Part shown: positions 59,397 through 64,000 of the stretch, piece after piece | Position numbering within the stretch: the first letter of the stretch is position 1 | Layout: each line of letters starts with the position of its first letter | IMG/VR virus record: IMGVR_UViG_3300028581_000010 | From: a virus | Taxonomy: Duplodnaviria; Caudoviricetes | Reading direction: 5' to 3' (one strand) | Length of the DNA: 64,000 nt | Translations under genes and position numbers: made by a program | The notes under the pieces: model-generated | What the model was told of the DNA's origin: nothing | Database searches by the model: none | Seen by the model: the letters and a program-made list of their open reading frames with translations, nothing else

Positions 59397-60496
59397 GGTT
59401 CTAACAGTTTATGTTTCAGTTCGTCGAGTACGGATTTGGGGTCCTCGGTGCCAAGCATTCTGTGCAGGGCATCGTAGAGCATATCCGGCTCGCTCGTGGG
59501 TTTAACCAACTCTTTCAGCACCGCGGTAATGCGGTCACCTGTCTTGAGCTCGGAGCGTATGTTGATTAGCTCCGCACCCAGTGCGCTGTCGTCCTTTATG
59601 CGACTCATCTTTACAAAGCCGTATTCATACAGGAAGTCCAGGCGCCCTGCTACGTTGACTCCGTGCAGCAGGCATAGAAAGACCGGTCTATTGGCCTCTC
59701 CAGTATACTCTGCAAAGTCTTGCTCTGTAACCTTTTGCAGATACTCTTCAGTCACGTCTATGCGGACAAACTTTCTAGGCAGCTCGTAGTCAATCAGGTT
59801 CAGCGTCTCGCCGTTCCAGTAATACAAACCCTCCTTGTTAGTCTCGTTCGAGGCTGTTACGCCAAGCGAGCCGCAGTAGCCTGCAAATATCTGCTTGTCG
59901 CAGTTTGTGTCGAAGAACTTCGTCTCCTTGCGAATGTGTATGTCCCCCAACATCAGCCCTACCAGTGACTCACAATGATTGGAAAAGTCCATGTCTTTCA
60001 TGGAGATCTTCTTCTTGTCGTCACAGAAGGGCCAAAGCTCGGGAAGCTGTGCGTGCAGAAATACAAACCTTACTGTGTTGTTAGGTCTGCTGTTCAAAGT
60101 GTTGTTGAGCTCCTCTAGAACAACGGCTGGATTGTCGTTGTAGTTTACACCGACGAAGCTCTGGTGCCCATCGGAGATATTCTCGAAGCCGCAGATCTTC
60201 TCCCAGGTGACGCCGTGCACCGCCTTGGAGTGGTCTCCGCAGATGGCCAGCGGTTTAATACCGGCCTGCTTCAAGCGTACTAGCTCTGAGCGCACGAAGT
60301 CCACGAGCTCGGAGGTAGGCTCGTTGTCGTCGAACAGATCTCCAACGGAGATCAAATAGTCTACCTTAAGTTCTATCGCAGTGTCCACCACTTGAGAGAA
60401 AAGCGACCTGTTATCCTGCTCCAGCTCAGGAATGTTGTACAGCTTTGCTCCCAGATGCTCGTCTGCGAACGCTATGAAGCGTGGGTTGTCTGTCAT
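59375..60496 (-). CDS. SbcD/Mre11/gp47-like nuclease
   Basis: ADEHLG, GDLFD, CGDH, FLHAQ, GDIH, YCGS. Confidence 0.92.
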   Translation of the reverse strand: MTDNPRFIAFADEHLGAKLYNIPELEQDNRSLFSQVVDTAIELKVDYLISVGDLFDDNEPTSELVDFVRSELVRLKQAGIKPLAICGDHSKAVHGVTWEKICGFENISDGHQSFVGVNYNDNPAVVLEELNNTLNSRPNNTVRFVFLHAQLPELWPFCDDKKKISMKDMDFSNHCESLVGLMLGDIHIRKETKFFDTNCDKQIFAGYCGSLGVTASNETNKEGLYYWNGETLNLIDYELPRKFVRIDVTEEYLQKVTEQDFAEYTGEANRPVFLCLLHGVNVAGRLDFLYEYGFVKMSRIKDDSALGAELINIRSELKTGDRITAVLKELVKPTSEPDMLYDALHRMLGTEDPKSVLDELKHKLLEPCTEQEI

Positions 60497-61044
60497 TATA
60501 TTGGTAATTTGCGGTGTTCCGCCTCGTGCTCGAGTTTGCTAGCTTTCTCCTGTGCTTTCTTGGCGACCATAAGCTCCTCTGTTGCTCTGCTTAGCATATC
60601 TTCGAGCTCCTCGATTTTTCTCTGTTCCGGTGAGCGTATGTCCAGCACACCGGAGTATACCCGCAGCCCATTGGTGGCTGTTGTTACCATACCTGTGGTA
60701 ACCCCAAATCCGTCATACTGACCTGGCTCCGACCACTGCACAAACCTATCTCCGTTGGCGTTGATATACGTTACCTCATTGGTCTGCATCCAGTTCATAG
60801 GAGCCGGAATAGTAACGTTCGCTGTTACCACATTATTCACCACGTTCATCATGGACTGATCTATCTCCACACCAGTGACCTCGGTCATGGCTTCTGCTGT
60901 TTGTGCGCGCACGTCGACCGTATTCGGCTGGCCTATATAAGGGCGCAATCGTTCTTGTAGTGCCTCTTCTATCACTTGCAGATAACCCTGCGGTTGCTCT
61001 TCGTTCATATCCGCTGATACTATACACAGCCCGACGGCTGTCAA
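60496..61044 (-). CDS. Hypothetical protein
   Basis: 182-aa ORF (true start may be MNEEQ). Confidence 0.6.
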   Translation of the reverse strand: MTAVGLCIVSADMNEEQPQGYLQVIEEALQERLRPYIGQPNTVDVRAQTAEAMTEVTGVEIDQSMMNVVNNVVTANVTIPAPMNWMQTNEVTYINANGDRFVQWSEPGQYDGFGVTTGMVTTATNGLRVYSGVLDIRSPEQRKIEELEDMLSRATEELMVAKKAQEKASKLEHEAEHRKLPI

Positions 61045-61046
61045 GA

Positions 61047-61430
61047 TTAAACAGGCAGTCTTCTGACTGTTTCCTCTGCTCCGGCAGGAGAATCTTCTAC
61101 GTTCTTCTTGCCAGCTTGTTTCATACGTCTTTCGCTATCCTTGGCCGCAGCCAGAATAGCGGGAAAGCCAGGTATGTCTAACGCGGCTCCTTGTCTGACC
61201 TGATCGTAGCCTTCCCGCGTCTTGGAGGCCACGATGCTGTTGAACTCTGCCAATGCAGCAGCATATGAACTCGTCGTAAGCTTAAGCTGCTTGATGAGGT
61301 TCTTCATAGCACGCTTGCCGTAGTTGGCATAGACGTAGTACGCGTCGTCCACCTGCAGCAATTCGACGATATAAACTTTATCGCTACTACCTGCCTTGTA
61401 ATGCAGTATTTCTAGTTTCTTGTGTTTCAT
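61047..61430 (-). CDS. WGR-domain protein
   Basis: SSDKVYIVEL...YANYGKR...A..EF...VASKTREGY. Confidence 0.8.
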   Translation of the reverse strand: MKHKKLEILHYKAGSSDKVYIVELLQVDDAYYVYANYGKRAMKNLIKQLKLTTSSYAAALAEFNSIVASKTREGYDQVRQGAALDIPGFPAILAAAKDSERRMKQAGKKNVEDSPAGAEETVRRLPV

Positions 61431-61671
61431 CCGCTTCGAGTTGCTTGTTTAGGTAATTGCGCTCGATAAGAATCAGGGAGGCACGATCTGTGTGCCTCCC
61501 GATTTCCACACCATCCTTCGTGGTAGCCACCCATTCCTGGGCGACCTCATCGAACTCTATATCTGACACGCGGCGCACTTCTCTGCGCCCTAGAACACCA
61601 AGCTTGTCGAAAAGCTCGTCTGACAGTCCAGTAATGTTCCCCTCGGTGTCGATGTAGAGAGTCGACTCCAT
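61387..61671 (-). CDS. Conserved hypothetical protein of the DUF2997/DUF1257 module
   Basis: LYIDTEGNI...VRRVSDIEFDE...W. Confidence 0.65.
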   Translation of the reverse strand: MESTLYIDTEGNITGLSDELFDKLGVLGRREVRRVSDIEFDEVAQEWVATTKDGVEIGRHTDRASLILIERNYLNKQLEADETQETRNTALQGR

Positions 61672-61871
61672 TAGATTCTTATGCCGTCCGGCTTAACCTC
61701 TACAGGCTCGTTGTATTCCTCTGTGAACTTCCTCGAGGATTCGTCTGGTATGCCCATACGCTTCTCGAGCGGGGCTGTAAAGTCAGCGCAGCCCTCGCCA
61801 AAGCCTTCCAGCTTATCAATCGACAGGTTGCCTTCCTTGTCGATTGTGAACTCACCGTATTTATCAGACAT
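61671..61871 (-). CDS. DUF2997-like protein
   Basis: FTIDKEGNLSI...GFGEGCADFTAPLEKRMG. Confidence 0.75.
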   Translation of the reverse strand: MSDKYGEFTIDKEGNLSIDKLEGFGEGCADFTAPLEKRMGIPDESSRKFTEEYNEPVEVKPDGIRI

Positions 61872-62133
61872 AGGTCATGGTGCTGCGCAAGAACTTGCCC
61901 GAGGGATTCTCGTACTTGAACTTGATGTTCACGGTGTGCACCTTCCGCCCTGGGCAGTTCACGACATACGTGACGCGTGCTGTGGCTGTGTCCTCTTCGT
62001 CCGGGACCGGATGAATTGCCGCATACGGAATGCGGAGCTCATCAGGCGGAGGATTGTTCTCCCGATACAGTGTGTTGTACAAAGACCGGGCCATTACTGA
62101 TTTGATTTGATCAAACGTTAGCGTTTTTTTCAT
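61864..62133 (-). CDS. Hypothetical protein
   Basis: 89-aa ORF. Confidence 0.55.
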   Translation of the reverse strand: MKKTLTFDQIKSVMARSLYNTLYRENNPPPDELRIPYAAIHPVPDEEDTATARVTYVVNCPGRKVHTVNIKFKYENPSGKFLRSTMTYV

Positions 62134-62773
62134 GATGTTCTGCTGTTGCGTTTAAGGTTACTCTGTCGATGCCCCATCTCTGGGCAATATCCGTCTTCTC
62201 CGGAATATAATTCAGCTGCAGGCAGGCCTCCTTACACAGCGTCCTGCGCCAGCCGTGGCCTGTGCCGTCGTTGGGTAGGCACAGGGCAGTATTTGATGCG
62301 CCTGTGACCTCGCAGGTAAATGAGGCTTTGCGCTCATAATGGTCTAAGACTGCCCGAAAGATCGGATATATCTCCTTTGGTAGATGGTGGTTTCCCTGCC
62401 ACACCATACTCCCGAACTTCTCCTTGAAGATGAACCCGTGAATGTAGTATTCCTGCGGGGAGGTCGCAGAAGGCAACCCACAGGCGGGCTGACCGCGTAC
62501 AAGCTCTATAAGCGTAGATAGTTGTTCGGAGAGGTCGGCTGCTATGGGAAGCCAACCCGCACCAAACTCAAAGCCATATCTCAGGTTGACGTAGCTGCCA
62601 TCCTGCTGCATCTTTGCAGCCACTGCCGCACCGAGAATGGTCTCTATCTGCGTGTCCATCTCGGTGTAGATCAATGGGTTGTCCTCTACAATCTTGCGCC
62701 CTGCCTCGGCCAGGTGTATCTTGTCAAACTCAATCATACGGCTAAGCCCGCGCGATAACTTTAAGCTTTCCAT
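62111..62773 (-). CDS. Hypothetical protein (conserved phage type)
   Basis: GFEFGAGWLPI...KEKFGS...CEVTG...GWRRTLC. Confidence 0.65.
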   Translation of the reverse strand: MESLKLSRGLSRMIEFDKIHLAEAGRKIVEDNPLIYTEMDTQIETILGAAVAAKMQQDGSYVNLRYGFEFGAGWLPIAADLSEQLSTLIELVRGQPACGLPSATSPQEYYIHGFIFKEKFGSMVWQGNHHLPKEIYPIFRAVLDHYERKASFTCEVTGASNTALCLPNDGTGHGWRRTLCKEACLQLNYIPEKTDIAQRWGIDRVTLNATAEHHEKNANV

Positions 62774-63128
62774 TTGGAAGCTCCTGTATCTCGCAGCTCA
62801 TCTCCTGCTCTCGCAGGAACTTCTTGAGCTCGAGCTTTGTGTAACCCTGCTTGACCTTGCTGAGACCGTTGCCCAGCTGACGCTCGATGGAGGCATCCCA
62901 CGGATCGTACTTGAACGATGCGCAGCCGTCCTCCATGTTAACACCTATGTCGAACTTGCCCGCAGGGTTAATTGCGACCAGGTCATAGGTCAGTGTGCCG
63001 GCTACGTCCGAGGAATACATTCTTGCCTTGGAGTTAACCGCAAACTTTGTCCATCCGCTCTCGGCGAATGCCTTCTTAAGCACTTCTATATTTTTGAATT
63101 GTGTCTTTACTGCTACAGCGTGACTCAT
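62742..63128 (-). CDS. DUF1257 (Ycf35-like) protein
   Basis: MSHAVAVKTQFKNIEVLKKAF...YDLV...DIG...F.YDPW...LKQ.Y. Confidence 0.8.
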   Translation of the reverse strand: MSHAVAVKTQFKNIEVLKKAFAESGWTKFAVNSKARMYSSDVAGTLTYDLVAINPAGKFDIGVNMEDGCASFKYDPWDASIERQLGNGLSKVKQGYTKLELKKFLREQEMSCEIQELPNGKLKVIARA

Positions 63129-63436
63129 AGTATTTTGATCTGGTCGTATGTTTGTTTGACCTGAACACTCAGCTTGATTATGTCTTTTGTGGCGAAGCTC
63201 TTCTCGATCAACGCCGTGAACTCCGCGCAAGATAGCTTGATCGGAGGTACATCTTGATTGGCGGACTTGATGCAGATCTCGTCCAACTCGGCGTTTACAG
63301 AGAAGATGTCTCCGTTAGCCACTTCACAATATGGTAGTATCGTCGGCGTTGTGTCGCCCCTGAACCACACGTATAACATGTCGTTCTGGGGCGTATCGGC
63401 CAACGTATCACCTGATTCGAATTCGTTCATTTCCAT
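63125..63436 (-). CDS. Hypothetical protein
   Basis: 103-aa ORF. Confidence 0.55.
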   Translation of the reverse strand: MEMNEFESGDTLADTPQNDMLYVWFRGDTTPTILPYCEVANGDIFSVNAELDEICIKSANQDVPPIKLSCAEFTALIEKSFATKDIIKLSVQVKQTYDQIKIL

Positions 63437-63439
63437 GGT

Positions 63440-64000
63440 TTAAACCGCAAGTCTTCTGAAGTACTCACCAGAGATGTCTCTGACATCCGACAAGTCCTCG
63501 GCTTCTTTGATCAGGTCTTCAAGGTGAGTGCGCAGTACAACTGCTGCTTCCTTGTCGTCCTGTACCGCACTGTCCTTGGTCAACAGCGTCTCAATCTCGT
63601 TGAGCTTGTTGTTGATCTTTGTGTCCTCCACAAAGTTGAGAGTGCGAAACTCGGATATGTGCTGTAGCAGCGTCTTTACGCTGGCCTCGGAGGCTACCTC
63701 CTTTTTCTTTAGCTTGTCTACAACAACCGTGCAGTGCTCGACTACCTTGCCGCGCAGTTCTGCAACAACGTCCGCAACGAACGTATTGATCTTGCCCAGG
63801 TGGTTATCCAGCTGCTCCTGGTAGATGTCGGCGTACTTAGCCTGCTCCTCCTGCTTGGCCTGGTCGGCTGCGCGCTCTCTGTCGATCTCCTTGTGGACAT
63901 CAACAGCAGCGAACTCCGTAGGCATTGCAATCTCGTAGGAGATGATCTCGAAGTAGAACTTGGTCCGGACGTCTTCCTTGGAAGGATAGAGTGTGTCCAG
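63440..64000 (-). CDS. DUF3150-like protein, C-terminal part (starts beyond the window)
   Basis: Frame is open to the window edge: LDTLYPSKEDVRTKFYFEI...; FRTLNFVED; RRLAV end. Confidence 0.65.
   Translation of the reverse strand: MDTLYPSKEDVRTKFYFEIISYEIAMPTEFAAVDVHKEIDRERAADQAKQEEQAKYADIYQEQLDNHLGKINTFVADVVAELRGKVVEHCTVVVDKLKKKEVASEASVKTLLQHISEFRTLNFVEDTKINNKLNEIETLLTKDSAVQDDKEAAVVLRTHLEDLIKEAEDLSDVRDISGEYFRRLAV

Noticed and set aside
135-63930. The many opposite-strand and alternate-frame ORFs in the track (for example 4880-5491, 29145-30044, 45255-46046)
   Set aside because: They are shadows of well-supported genes and have no motifs of their own.
1-64000. Stop-codon recoding or suppressor tRNA
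   Set aside because: Core genes are full length in code 11, TAG and TGA both end well-defined genes, and no CUA/UCA tRNA was found.

Overview
A 64-kb segment of a large tailed dsDNA bacteriophage genome (Caudoviricetes, T4/SPO1-like replication genes, standard genetic code). A lipoprotein-containing lysis cassette and sigma70-like promoters point to a diderm host. AC-rich leaders without Shine-Dalgarno motifs, a prepilin-like gene and a DUF1257/DUF2997/DUF3150 block are compatible with a PVC-type host, but that is inference only. Layout: (1) 1-7.5 kb, minus strand, accessory genes with one tRNA(CAU), a histone-like peptide and a metallophosphoesterase. (2) 7.5-21.4 kb, plus strand, probable portal, TraR-like finger, six tail/fibre proteins and a lysis cassette. 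(3) 21.4-39.3 kb, minus strand, accessory region with 9 more tRNAs, five HNH homing endonucleases and an RNA/nucleotide-repair arsenal (two RNA ligases, RlaP-like NTase, Nudix, NDT-like, phosphoesterase, 2H phosphoesterase, HhH glycosylase). (4) 39.4-64 kb, replication/recombination genes (RuvC-like, RecA/UvsX, SSB, UDG-PolA, DnaB, primase, UvsW, SbcCD) with a ubiquitin-like module embedded among them (Ubl with GG plus propeptide, 730-aa partner, JAB, E1). Main oddities: the phage Ubl/JAB/E1 system; a tRNA-Val gene split by an HNH gene whose own 3' end rebuilds the tRNA 5' half; three tRNAs with C33 in place of the near-invariant U33; a class II (Leu-scaffold) tRNA with a Gln anticodon; and leaderless promoters in front of most homing-endonuclease genes. 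All family assignments come from motif recognition by eye; no database search was run.
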